Source: Eledone cirrhosa (lineage: Eukaryota). From it: 64,000 bases of DNA. The notes beneath the pieces are model-generated. The model worked only from the letters and a program-made list of their open reading frames with translations. It did no database searches and had not been told where the DNA came from. The position numbers and the translations under genes were made by a program. The stretch spans positions 129,146,001 to 129,210,000 of the forward strand of contig OZ024742.1 in assembly GCA_964016885.1 (NCBI GenBank), written 5' to 3'. Positions 27,247 to 41,613 of this stretch are shown here, piece after piece; position 1 is the first letter of the stretch, and each line of letters begins with the position of its first letter.

Positions 27247-27701
27247 GTTTCTACTTTTGGCACAAGGCCAGCAATTATTCCCGTGCAAAGCATGGCATCA
27301 GACACTCTACCGATACTGCCAATCCACCACCCTTCAGTTTCTACTTTTGGCACAAGGCCAGCAATTATTCCCGTGCAAAGCATGGCATCAGACACTCTAC
27401 CGATACTGCCAATCCACCACCATTCAGTTTCTACTTTTGGCACAAGGCCAGCAATTATTCCCGTGCAAAGCATGGCATCAGACACTCTACCGATACTGCC
27501 AATCCACCACCCTTCAGTTTCTACTTTTGGCATAAGGCCAGCGATTACTCCAGTGCATTACTGGTACTTTATTTTATCGACCTCATAAGGATGAAAGGCA
27601 AAGTTAACCTCGGCGGATTTGAACTCAGAACGCAAAGGGCCATAACTATGCTGCAAAGCATGGTGTCTGACGCTCTACTAATACTGCCAAACCACCGCCC
27701 T
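27247..27701 (-). repeat. Full SINE plus three tandem 90-bp internally deleted SINE monomers
   Basis: Period 90 (27247, 27337, 27427), then the full element from 27517. Each unit is SINE head joined to SINE tail. Confidence 0.92.
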
Positions 27702-29584
27702 TTTTTTAACACAACAAAATAATACTTTTTAACTTATATTTCTGGGTGCTATTTCATTGTGCTACCAACATGACCGCCTAGATGGTGGACTGGGTGCTCT
27801 TGATACACTGTATATCAATGTGCTGCCTGCCCCTACGACTCCCTCAGGAGTTACAGGTCTATACATACATTACAAGGTTAGAACCTCTTCATCAAGTGAG
27901 AAAATAAGAGAGCCTTATTTTTATGAGCTGTAAGAACAAAGCCCCCCCGATCTTCTCATTTCACAAAACGAGTCTAAACTCAAAATATTACAAAATAAAA
28001 GGTAAAAATCTATTGTTTTGTTGTTCTTATTTTAGTTTAGTTCCCACATTATATTTTTTATTCACAAGTACCATCTTTCCCCTAACATTCTTAGCCACAT
28101 ATCTCATAATGCTTCATATAAACTATACTGTTTTGTTCCAACAATTTATTTTTGAAACCAATTAAATTCCGAACAGCAAACAGGAAATTCTGACAAGCGG
28201 TGAATCCTGAAATGTAAATGACCTGTATATGAGGCCCATAATAACCTGTGTCATAATTTCAAGACATCATCATAAATAATTATTGATGAACAAAAAGCTG
28301 AAGAAGGAAAATACTACTCAAAGTAACCTAGTCAAATACAATTCATCAATTTTATGCCAAAAAGTAAATAAGATAAAATATGAAAATAAAGAGGAAATAG
28401 TTTTCTTCAAAACTAATGTTCTTAGTTTGTCGTAATCAAATCTTCTATTTAGTTAATAAAGTAAACAAAAAAAACAAAACAAACTTCTATCATCATCATC
28501 GTTTAATGTTTATCTTCCATGCTAGTATGGGTTAGACGGGAATTGTCCCACTTGAGGCAAGATTGGTTGGGTGACCATGTCTCGCTCATATAGGACTGTA
28601 TCTGGCAGGTTTTCTACGGCTGGATGCCCTTCCTAATACCAACCACATTTAAAGTGTGGAGTGGGACTGGGAGGTTTTTACCATGTTACCTACACGGCCA
28701 CATTACAGCGTAGACTGTGTGTTTTTTTTGTTGTGACACCTACACAACCTCATTAGTTTGGACTGGATGTTGTGGTACCAACATAACTTTACAGAGGAAG
28801 GGTGGTGTTGGTGGGAGTGGAAGGGTGGAGTAGTGGTAGTGGGTTGGGGTGTATATTTGGTTAAGAGGTGCCTACTGACTGTAGGTTTCGCTTTGAGGTG
28901 AAAAAGTGGACAGTGGCATGTCTGTCCACTATTTTCTGTTTCCAGGAGTACTTTACCCTATTGTCTTAACTATTATTTATTGTGATTGGCTATTATTATG
29001 GTCATTTGTGTTGGGATGCATATATTTTGAATATTCCCATGTTGGTTTAGGTTAAACTAGACTTTTTGTGGCACAATCCTACAACTGAATGTCCTCTGGC
29101 AACAATTCTTGCTTGTTTTTTAAGTAAGGTGTGGATCTTCACCTGTCTACCTGTTGATTAGTGGGATTCTTGTTTATGCAGAATGTAAACAAATATCACT
29201 GTATGTGATGTTGAATAGAAAGAGAAGACACAAATAAACACACAAACATTCACATGTAAACACACACAATACACTGACTAGCAAATTTAAGTACAAGGCA
29301 TTGGTCAGCCCGGCTATAGAAGACACTTGTCAATGGTACCATGTACTGGAATAGAACCCAAGACCACACAGTTGCAAAACAAAATATATGTGTGTGTGTG
29401 TAAATAAGACCATTATTGCTGCAATCTGTCCTCAAAACACTGAGCAAGGACCTTAAATTGAATGCCAATCTGCACTCATGACTCCTGCTAAGCCAACCCG
29501 CGATCTACCCACCATTTTCAGCAAACCAAATGCAGACTGCCCACCTTTCCAAACTTGGCAAACTGAACATGGACGGCAACAACC

Positions 29585-29880
<296 letters not shown>

Positions 29881-32230
29881 GTGTTCAACATCAATCTAAT
29901 ATTTTTGTAAATATAATATCATATTTAATTAATTTCAGCAGACAAGGAAAAAATGTTATAAGTCAAAATAGCTGTCATTTTTTTATGACCCAAGTATCTA
30001 GACGGTTGTGACTTATCATTTTTGGTAGGTGGCATGCACCATCACAGTCTTTTGACAAAGGTTAAAATTTAAAGCTTAACTATTAAATACATAGCGCAAA
30101 ATATTAGATAAGAAATTTATCAATGGTTTCACCCATCATATTGAATGGATGGATGCACTAGTTTCCATAATAAAGCTGTTTTTATGACATAGGTACATCA
30201 GTCTGTGTGGGTGTATGTATAACAATAGGACTGGGGACCCTATCATTAAAACACAACACACAGTTAGTGACTCTCTTTCTCTCAATATATATATTATATA
30301 CACACACACACACACACACATACTTGTGTGTACATATCTATATATAGTGAAATGTTTGAGTCTTTTTGCTAATTTAGCATAAAGGTAATTTTTACAACAT
30401 AACATTTCAATCTTTTGTCATGCATGCAAGAAATTAATTATTTTTTCCCTCTTAGAGAGAACAAAGACTAATAATTTCTAAAATATCTAAGTTAATAAAA
30501 AAAAAAGTCAAAAATGAACAATACAAAGATCCTTGAAGAGAAGAAGTGTAATCAACAACCAACATTTTGAAATGTCAACAAAATTTCAAAATCTATAATT
30601 ATTCCTACATAAATAACTATATTTAGCAATTTGTAGAATACCGAAGATAATTGGCCCAAGTGAAATGAATGTGCAGTTTAACAGTAAGGTATTGATAAAA
30701 CTGAACCAAATATTTCTTTGACAGTCAGCTTACTGAAACTGATTTGGCAGATAACAATGTTCTCTTTGACAATGTCAAACAAATGCAGTAGAAAATTCAA
30801 TTTCAAATGGCTATATTTCAAATTTAAAACACAAATAAAACACTGGTTTGTAGTTGGATCTCTTCAGAGACTCTTTAAAGATAGAACTAAGAATGCTTGG
30901 AATTTAATAGAAAAATTATGATATAAATTCTATTTCTTTGATTTGTTTTGTGTTTTGTAGGAACAAAATCTAGGATTTCATTAAATAGCAAGATTGTCCA
31001 ATACAATATGAACAGAATTCTTTGGAATTAAACAGCTAAAACTAATGTATGGTTCTCTATATGTGTATATGTGCATTGCGTGCACATAAATGGTAGCAAT
31101 CTAATATTCCAATAAATCTAAAAGTAGTCATGTTATCAAATTTTAATCTAATTAATAACAAGCGAAAGATTTAATTTCTAGCATCTTCACATCAATTGTT
31201 CAATTTCAAGAAAGCTTGGAGAGAAAATTGAAACATTTTATCTGTATCTAGAAAACAAGAACTCTAAAGAATAGTATAAAGTTATTGGGGTGTTTTCTAT
31301 GTGAGAAAATACAAAAAAAAAGGGTAAGTTGCAGAAAAAGTAAACAAAAGTGTTTCAAATCCCAAAGATATTAACTCTTAACATCCTGTACTGCATTAAC
31401 AAAACATTTTGAAAAGTACAAAACAACACTACAACTACATCACATTAAAAACTGAAGTATTTAATATTGCAAATTTTCACAATGAAAATAGTAAAGATGT
31501 TATTAACAAACATGAATTAATATACCTGTTTCTAGATATTTTTTTGTTAAATCATTACAAAATGATTAATCCTTTTATTACTGTATTTCCAATGAAAGAC
31601 AGCCTATATCTTTCATTACCATATTTCTAATGAAATAAACAGCCTTTATCTTACAATTGATTTGAAAAATAACTCAACATTTGGAAGGATTTAATAAAAT
31701 AAAGTTTTAATTAGTAAGCTGATATTTAGAACATTATTTAACAAACATTTCTAAAATAACATTATGATAGAAAGTTTTAATATAAAGATAAACATTTTAA
31801 AATGATCAGTTTTGTATCATAGATCCAGGGCAGCTTCAGATGGTTTGGTATCAAAAGAATTGAATATTATGTACAACAGGAGGGTGAAAGAAAGTAGAGT
31901 AGCAATAGAATTCTGACAATCCTTCCAGGTTGCTTGGGAAACCACTGAAGGCACACCTACCTGTAATAAAACATGATACACTAGAAGGAATGATCATTGT
32001 CTTCTTCAGACTCACAAGAGAATCTAAACATTAGTAAGCTTCATCTGTTTATGGTTGGCATTTGAGTAGAAACATTGTAGTATTGAGAGGATATACCATC
32101 CTTTAATCCTGTTGAAGACATTGTAGGTGCCATGATAAAATGCACCAATCACACTTTGTAAAGTAGTTGGCATTAGGAAGGGCATCCAGCTAAAGAAACC
32201 ATGCTAAAAATGGAAGGTATGAGCATAGCG

Positions 32231-32279
32231 TTAGGGTTAGGGATGGGTTAGGTTTAGGTTTAGGGTTGGGTTAGGGTTA
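32231..32279 (+). repeat. Degenerate interstitial (TTAGGG)n
   Basis: TTAGGGTTAGGGATGGGTTAGGTTTAGGTTTAGGGTTGGGTTAGGGTTA inside an old SINE tail. Confidence 0.75.
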
Positions 32280-32454
32280 TGGCCTAGTTATCTGACCTGC
32301 CTAGTCTTGGGCTGTGATGAACTGTTCAATCCATGCCAACATGGAAAGCGGACATAAAAAATTATGAAGATACATATATACAGCCAGATTGTGAAAAGAT
32401 TAAACTTCTAAGATCTTCATGCACAACAACTATTTAATTTTAATAGAGCTAGCC

Positions 32455-32855
32455 ATGGAGTGGGCAGGTTTAGAACGACATGGGATGAGGTAATAAAGGT
32501 TGACCTTGCACAATTACAGCTCACCAAGGCGATGACACAGGACCACATTCTTCTAGCGCTATGCAGTACTACAGAAGACCCGCCCTCCCATATGCTTGAG
32601 CTGAGGCATATATCTACCCTGGCACTACAACAAAAGTGCCCAGCCCACACTGTAATGTAGTCATGTAGGTGACAACAAAAAGCACCCAGCACACTATAAA
32701 TGTGGTTGGTGTTAGGAAGGGCATCCAGCTGTAGAAACCAAGCCAAAATCAGTGCCGGATGAGCGTAATATGGCCCTTCGACCTGATTCTCTTCCAAAGG
32801 GTCAGCCCATCCTACCCATGCTAGCGTGGAAAATGAACATTAAAAAATTATGATG
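32455..32855 (+). mobile_element. RTE C-terminus followed by SINE-like 3' UTR
   Basis: GRFRTTWDEVIKVDL..L.LT..MT.D followed by CACACTGTAATGT repeats, the AGGAAGGGCATCCAGC module and an RTE end. Confidence 0.75.
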
Positions 32856-34454
32856 CAGATCCCATGTCCCTGGCAAAACCTCTTCAATAAAACATGTAGT
32901 GGGGTTTCTACTCCACATCAAAATAGCTTTATTTTGTTCTTACTAAATGGTGTGGGCGGAGGGGGGGGTCACACAAACTAATGCTAAAACTTTCTATTTC
33001 CCATTCCTCATCACTAAAAATGAAGAAAAAAAAAATGATATATATTGTCTAACCCATGTTAGCGTGGAAAAATGGACGTTAAACAATGACAATGATGATG
33101 ATGATATATATATATATACAAGCATTCATACCTAATTAGGAAACCATAATAATCAACATTATCATCATAATCTTAAAGGTATTATAGTAGTTGCTTTAAA
33201 ACTAAAGTAGAGCTGTACTAATTCAGATTATTGAAAAGCACTTTAGTTTAAGCTATGCCAAAAGAGATTTATCCTAAGTGAAAAATAATCAAACCACTTT
33301 TGTTCCAGCTACAGAGTCTTAACTGCAATTACAGCATCTACATTGCTGATAATCAATGGAGTTCCCTGAGACATTAATAAATTCCCATTATGAAGATACC
33401 ATTTAATTAAATGCAAATTTCACGTTCTTTAATAAACAATGTTCCACCCAAAATAAGATAAAAGTTCTCTATGGATATACAAATTAAATGAGATTTTTAC
33501 ATGGGTTACAATGAATGTCTTTAATAGTAAATCTCCTTGAATAGTAGTTTAGCCACAGGTCAGCCTTCAGTGAGCAGATTTATGATTGAAAGCATTCAAA
33601 CCTTGACTATCTTTTCAGACTACAATATCCAATATGTTCTTTCTAATTTTTAAAGATGTTGTGGTGCGATTCAAGATAGACCCTTTTACTATATTTCTAA
33701 TGAAAGACACTGCCTATGGTTTTCAAATAATTTTGAAAGTAATCAAGCTTTAGTAATATAACTAACTTTCCCAATATTAAGTTGGTATTTAGAAGAACTA
33801 GCAGAGACCTCTATATCAAGTAGATTTGTGACAACCTAAACTGCAATCCCTCTGACCTGCCAAATATGATGAACAATAGAATTGGATGACAACAGAGAGT
33901 CAAGGGATTCTTGATTGATTTGTAAATATTAACTCTAGTTCTGCATGGATAACATCACTGTTTGCGAATGAAGGTATTATCCTGAACATCAATCATATGA
34001 TAAGTTAATATATTTTTCTATGCTAGATCTATGTGGCCATATCTATGTATTTTGATGTTTAGAAACATTGGTATCATTGTTGTTTTCTTTTTCTTTGTTC
34101 ATTTAAAGTCCATTTAGGTCTTTCCTTATTGATATAGTCTTTTAGATTGTAATGTTGATTTCAGCCCCTTGAAAGTAATATCCATGTAACTTTAAAAAAA
34201 GTGTCTAAAAAATTCAATTTTTACATGATTTTATATGGTAATTCACTTAGTAACAGGAGAGCCTTTATACTATTGCTTGTCCTGATAGAAATAGCAACCA
34301 AATCACACCTTTCGGTTTTAAAAACAGAAAAAAAGGACGTATTGGATAATATAGTAATACATATATGGTTTCTGGAAAACAGAAGCGGAGGTCACAGTTA
34401 AAACATAGATTTGCTCAACCATGACTGACCTGGAGTTACACTACGACAACAGCA

Positions 34455-34641
34455 ATAATAATTGTTTCTACTTTAGGCACAAGGCCAGCAACTACCCAGT
34501 GCCTCACTGGTACTTTATTTTATCGACCCCGTAAGGATGAAAGGCAAAGTCAACCTCGGCGGGATTTGAACTCAGATCGTAAAGGGACGTAACTATGCTA
34601 GAAAGCATGGCGTCCGACCCTCTACCGATACTACCAATCCA
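34455..34641 (-). mobile_element. Second SINE family, young short variant
   Basis: Near-identical to 10692-10880; ACAGCAATAATAAT on both sides resembles a target-site duplication. Confidence 0.9.
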
Positions 34642-35471
34642 AACAGCAATAATAATGCCTCTAAAATGAATAGTAAAAGTTATATTGGATATGGGTGTGT
34701 GGCAGAAAAGACCAGTTAGTAATTGTCAATGTATCTAAGTATAGGATCAAGACAGTAAAATGGCAGAGGTGTTATATTGAAAATGCCTTGGTATTTGTTC
34801 TGTCTCACTGTGCTCTAATTTCAAATTCTGCCAAAGTCAAATTTGCCTTGGTTGATAAATAAAGTACCAGTCAAATACTAGGGTTGATTCTTCCTCTATC
34901 TCACTTTATCTTTCCCTTGAAGAAATTGGTTGTGTTCCAGGATGGGGTTCACTAGGTTTGAAATGGCCAGGGCATGCTCTGTGATTTTCAAGAGAATTCT
35001 TTCTTTACCTACACTTTTATAAGTATGGGAAGAATAACACAAACATAACAAAATATTCCTGAACAATTGTGCAAGTGCGTCTGTGCTGGGGGGGGGGGGG
35101 GGGGCATTTCAGGCCAGAGTAACACATCAAGCTTTAACGCACCTTGTTAAAACAAGTGGATTTCTTCACTGTCAATTATTCTCTTTATATATATATATCG
35201 TCATCATTTTATGTCCGCTCTTCCCTGCTTGCGGGATTTGAATGGAATAGCAACATCACAACTTACAATTAAGGACAAAATGAAAACACACACACACATA
35301 GAACAAACAACCAACCAGTAACATGTAAATAAACAAATAAATAAACAAATATAAACATACACAGACACCCGGATATAACACATGCGCAAACTAAGCACAC
35401 AACACACACAAAAACAAGATGGCGTAGGACAGAACAAAGGAGAGGCACAAAAACAAAGAAAAGAATCCCCA

Positions 35472-35514
35472 GTCATTGAAGAGGTCACAGAATGTGTGAC
35501 GAAAGAACTTTGAC
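35472..35514 (+). ncRNA. Minimal hammerhead-like motif (C3 read as T)
   Basis: GTCA-tTGAAGA-g-GTCAC agaatgt GTGAC-GAAA-G aa C-TT-TGAC. Confidence 0.55.
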
Positions 35515-35690
35515 AATATATGAACAATCGTCTGGTTGTGGAACCAACCAACCGGAAATTTATAAATTCCTAAATTTATAAATTTAATTTATAATAAATT
35601 GAAGTGAAAGCAACTGGTGCGTGTGTTTCTTATTGGCAACATGACCCTCCCAAAGCATAACAATATATATTATTATAAATTATTATAAAT

Positions 35691-35751
<61 letters not shown>

Positions 35752-36012
35752 TTCTTCTAAGTTTAATTTTACACCTAATTGTGTATGGTTGATGATATAT
35801 TTAGTCACTTTCTACATGCTGTCGAAATGTTGGATAAATATACTATATTGGGGCCACCACGAAGAGGCCACTTTCGGTTATTTGTCGAAGATTTCTTCAT
35901 AAGAGCCTTTCCTCTTATAGCTTGGTCTAATTGATTTTTTATATGGTTAATTATGCTAATTGGAAGAAGAAACGGTATATATTTTATCTAATGATTCTAA
36001 AGACATGATTTA

Positions 36013-36069
<57 letters not shown>

Positions 36070-36256
36070 TTTTTAATATATAGACATGCCAGAAAATATG
36101 AATTTCCCTGTAAAATGTCATATTTTCTGGCATGTCTATATGTGTACATATTAAAAATGTGTATATTTATATATACATTAGCACAGTCTCAGTTACTCAT
36201 ACTATATATACAGATATAACTTTATTGTACAATTCAGTTGCTTAGCGCACTTCCTA

Positions 36257-36292
<36 letters not shown>

Positions 36293-36957
36293 TTATATAT
36301 CCTGTTATGTACTTTTGTAGTTTTGATTCTTTAGGGAACTGATAACCAGAATTATTATTTTCCCTTGAATTCTAGATCAGAATCAAAAGACAGAAGAGAT
36401 AAAACACATCCAACCCTTCTAGGAACCCCAGATATTGGATGAACAGGTAAATTCGAACCCTCAGACACCAGCTGAGCTGTTGTTATTTTAAACTAGAGAA
36501 CTATGTATTGCTATATACATAGATTCCAGCTGGCATGGTATAGCAAAACCATAAGAGACATAGAAAGCAGAAAAAAAGAAAAGGGCGGTACAAAGGAATA
36601 ATAAGAGACTCTGAAGTAAGATAGAAGAAAAGATAGAGGTTAGCTGCAGGATTATTCCCAGTTTTGGGTTTTGTTTTGTTTTTTAGTGGGGCGAGGGGGG
36701 GGGGGGGGGTTAGACAGTATTCATGATCCTTTTCAGGAAAAAAAACAAGGGAAAAGGCCTTAACACCTGATGTAATAATACGCCTGCAGTCCGGGCTGGA
36801 CACATGGCATGTCTTGGGCATTTTAAACATGGTGGAGTACATAATTGTCCAGGTCAGAACACAACTGATTTCTTCTAGAGAAGGAGAGAGTGAGAGAAAT
36901 TGATGAAGAGAGACAGAGGAAAAATCAACTGGTACTTTATTTATCAATCTTGAAATG

Positions 36958-37147
36958 TAGTGAGCTGGTATATATATACACATACATGCATACACACACA
37001 CAAATATAGTGAGTTGGTATATATATATATATATACACACACATACACATACATGCATACACACAAATATAGTGAGCTGGTATATATATACACACACACA
37101 AATGTTGTGAGCTGGTATATATATACACACACACAAATGTGAGCTGG

Positions 37148-37195
<48 letters not shown>
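36958..37195. repeat. Compound minisatellite GTGAGCTGG(TA)n(CA)nAAAT x5
   Basis: The anchor GTGAG(C/T)TGGTAT recurs five times with variable microsatellite spacers. Confidence 0.8.
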
Positions 37196-37198
<3 letters not shown>

Positions 37199-37339
37199 AT
37201 GTTGTGTAAAGCTCAAATTTTCAAACTTACTAAGCACTGAGGAAATATATTTATAAAAAGGTGTATAGGAAGTTTGGGTGCAGAAAATAACTGCAATTAC
37301 AGTCAGTCGCTATAAAGTAGCTTCTAAAAATCAAGTAAA

Positions 37340-37653
37340 AACCCTTTGAGACAGGAAAATGTTGCTAGCAGCCATAGATAGATTAATGTAGTGTGCAAGA
37401 GAGAAGATTGCACTTATACGTGATGCATATGGATGATGATTGTTGGGTGAAGAAATACCAAGAGTTGCCAGTGGAAGGAAGCTGCACTGACGGAATACCT
37501 GGGCAGAAATGGTGAGAGCAGATATCATAACACTGAACCTCCGGGCAGAGATGACTAAGGAGCACAATTGGTGAGAAGGAAAGGCTGCACAGGAAAAGAC
37601 ATGTCCAACCCATACAAGCATAGAAAAACCAATGCAAAAGGATGATGATGATG
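37340..37653 (+). mobile_element. Decayed 3' fragment of the 41.6 kb RTE family
   Basis: GTGATGCATATGGATGATGATTGTTGGGTGAAGAAATACCAAGAG matches VMRM.DD.WVKK.QE; (GAT)n tail. Confidence 0.8.
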
Positions 37654-38754
37654 AACCAAACTAGTAATAAAGATTACAGAGAGTAAAAGTACAATTTAGA
37701 AGATACTTTAATTGCTGTAGCGTTTATTAAGTGTTGGTCACTTATTTATAAAATATGTTACAAGAGTAGCTCTTGTCCTGAAGTATTTGGTTACTGGTAG
37801 TTACAAGAGATCAAATACTACATAACAGAATCTGAACTAATGTTGACTAAAATACTTTCAGGGAATTTGGGAAAATAACTTTTTTTTCAGTTGCAGTTGA
37901 TTCCTAAGTAGGATCTAGAGTAGTGCGACTATTGGGTTAATATAACATCACAGTGAGCAAGGGAAGGTGTGTGTTTGTTTGTGAGGGGGAGAGAGAGATG
38001 CAAGATGACAGAAGAAAGAGAGAGAAAGTGACGGACGAGACAGGAGGAGAAATAGAGAGATAAGAGAGAAAAGGGGGCAGAATGGGGGGGGGGGGGGGGG
38101 TATACACCAGTTTAGATAAGAAATTTAGATAATTAAAAAATAAAACTAGCTATGAGAAATAACCCAAACAGGCTGATGGCATAAATCTGGATGAATAAGT
38201 CAAGGGGTCTGTACAGAATGCCATAAGGAGAGATAACTCAATTGAAATGTTTTCTTTGCTCTCATCACACACACACACTTCCTTTTTCTCTTTGTAGTCT
38301 GTCAATGCCAATGTTGACATTCCTCTTTGTGGTAACTGGCAATGGGTCAAAAGTCCAACACAGGATCCACAGGCACAACCACAAATGTTAGTGGTTGTGC
38401 TGGTACCACAATGAAAAAGCACCCAGTCTACCATGTTACAGTTCACTCCGTATTAGAAAGGGCATCCAGCCGTAGAAACCAAGTCAAAATTCAGATCCAT
38501 ATGAGCAAGACCTGGTCACCTGACCTGACTTGTCTCATGCAAGCATGGAAAACTGATATTAAACAGTTATGATGATGAGAGTTTGATTTGAAGGTGATTT
38601 GGTCGTTATGTCTAGAAGATTGAGCAATAGCATAAAGGCTTCCCTATTGCTAAGTGAATCACTGAAATCAGTAGATTACCAGACAAACTGCTTTAACTAC
38701 CCCTGTATTCTTTAGCCAGTATGGTTAATTTTATTTACTTTATACCAGTTTCAG

Positions 38755-39128
38755 TCAAAGGACCTTTGGAGTAACATTACTCGATAGAGTGCATAGCTCG
38801 GAGATCAAAGAGTCACTCTAGGTAAAGCAGCTACTACTCCAAATTGAGAGATGACAGCTCCGATATTACAGGCATGTGGCTAGAATGTTTCAGGAAAGAA
38901 TCACTAGACAGATTTTACGGCTAAAACCAACTGGAAGGAGACCCAGGGGAAGACCCCAAGCAAGATATTTGGATAACATTCATGAACTCAGCTGGTCTCA
39001 CTTGGAGATCCATCTGGATCAATTGGACAGTTTCTCCAGGCTGAACCCACTGGAAGAAGTGTTTGAGGACTCTGACACCCCCCCCTCCCTCCATGACCCT
39101 CCCACGAATAAGTGGGAGAAGGAGAGAA
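38755..39128 (+). mobile_element. 3' fragment of the Expander-like RTE
   Basis: HVARM.QERI..QIL..KPTGRRPRGRP..RYLDNI; colinear with 16980-17400. Confidence 0.85.
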
Positions 39129-39382
39129 AGCTATTTATAAAACCACTAAATTACAGGATATGGAAGGGCATTAACATAAACTTGACCTGTTTTTAGTCCA
39201 TAAACTCACATGCCACCACCACCATTCACCAAAGCAGGTTCACAACAAACACTGAACATATAAGCTCACTTCATCATTGATATCAGTCATTGATAAAAGT
39301 TCCGGTATACAGCCTGGTATTTCCTTCATGTAATCAGAGAAAAATACAAGAAAAGATGCAAATTATTAGAATATATATATAT

Positions 39383-39519
39383 ATATTTATTAAAATAACA
39401 GATTAAAGTTTAAGCAAAGAATCGCTGCTTTCACCCTTAACGGGATCTTCTGAAGATCCCCTTAAGGGTGAAAGCAGCGATTCTTTGCTTAAACTTTAAT
39501 CTGTTATTTTAATAAATAT
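39383..39519. repeat. 68-bp-arm palindrome centred within a hammerhead-like core
   Basis: One mismatch, centre 39451. Plus strand reads CTGAAGA-T-CCC cttaa GGG-T-GAAA. Confidence 0.85.
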
Positions 39520-39609
39520 TTGCTCTACGGTTCTTATATATTTGATATATACTTATCCTTATCGAGCCCTCTTTGGATTTTAGTCTTCAAATTTATTATT
39601 ATTATTATT

Positions 39610-41613
<2,004 letters not shown>

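Noticed and set aside
35855-35900. Hammerhead-like cGAAGA-GGC...GTC-GAAG
   Set aside because: Too many core mismatches
36767-36876. Minus-strand exon after a CT-rich acceptor
   Set aside because: Donor GTGTTA is poor, the tract is simple GA repeat, and the peptide is unrecognised
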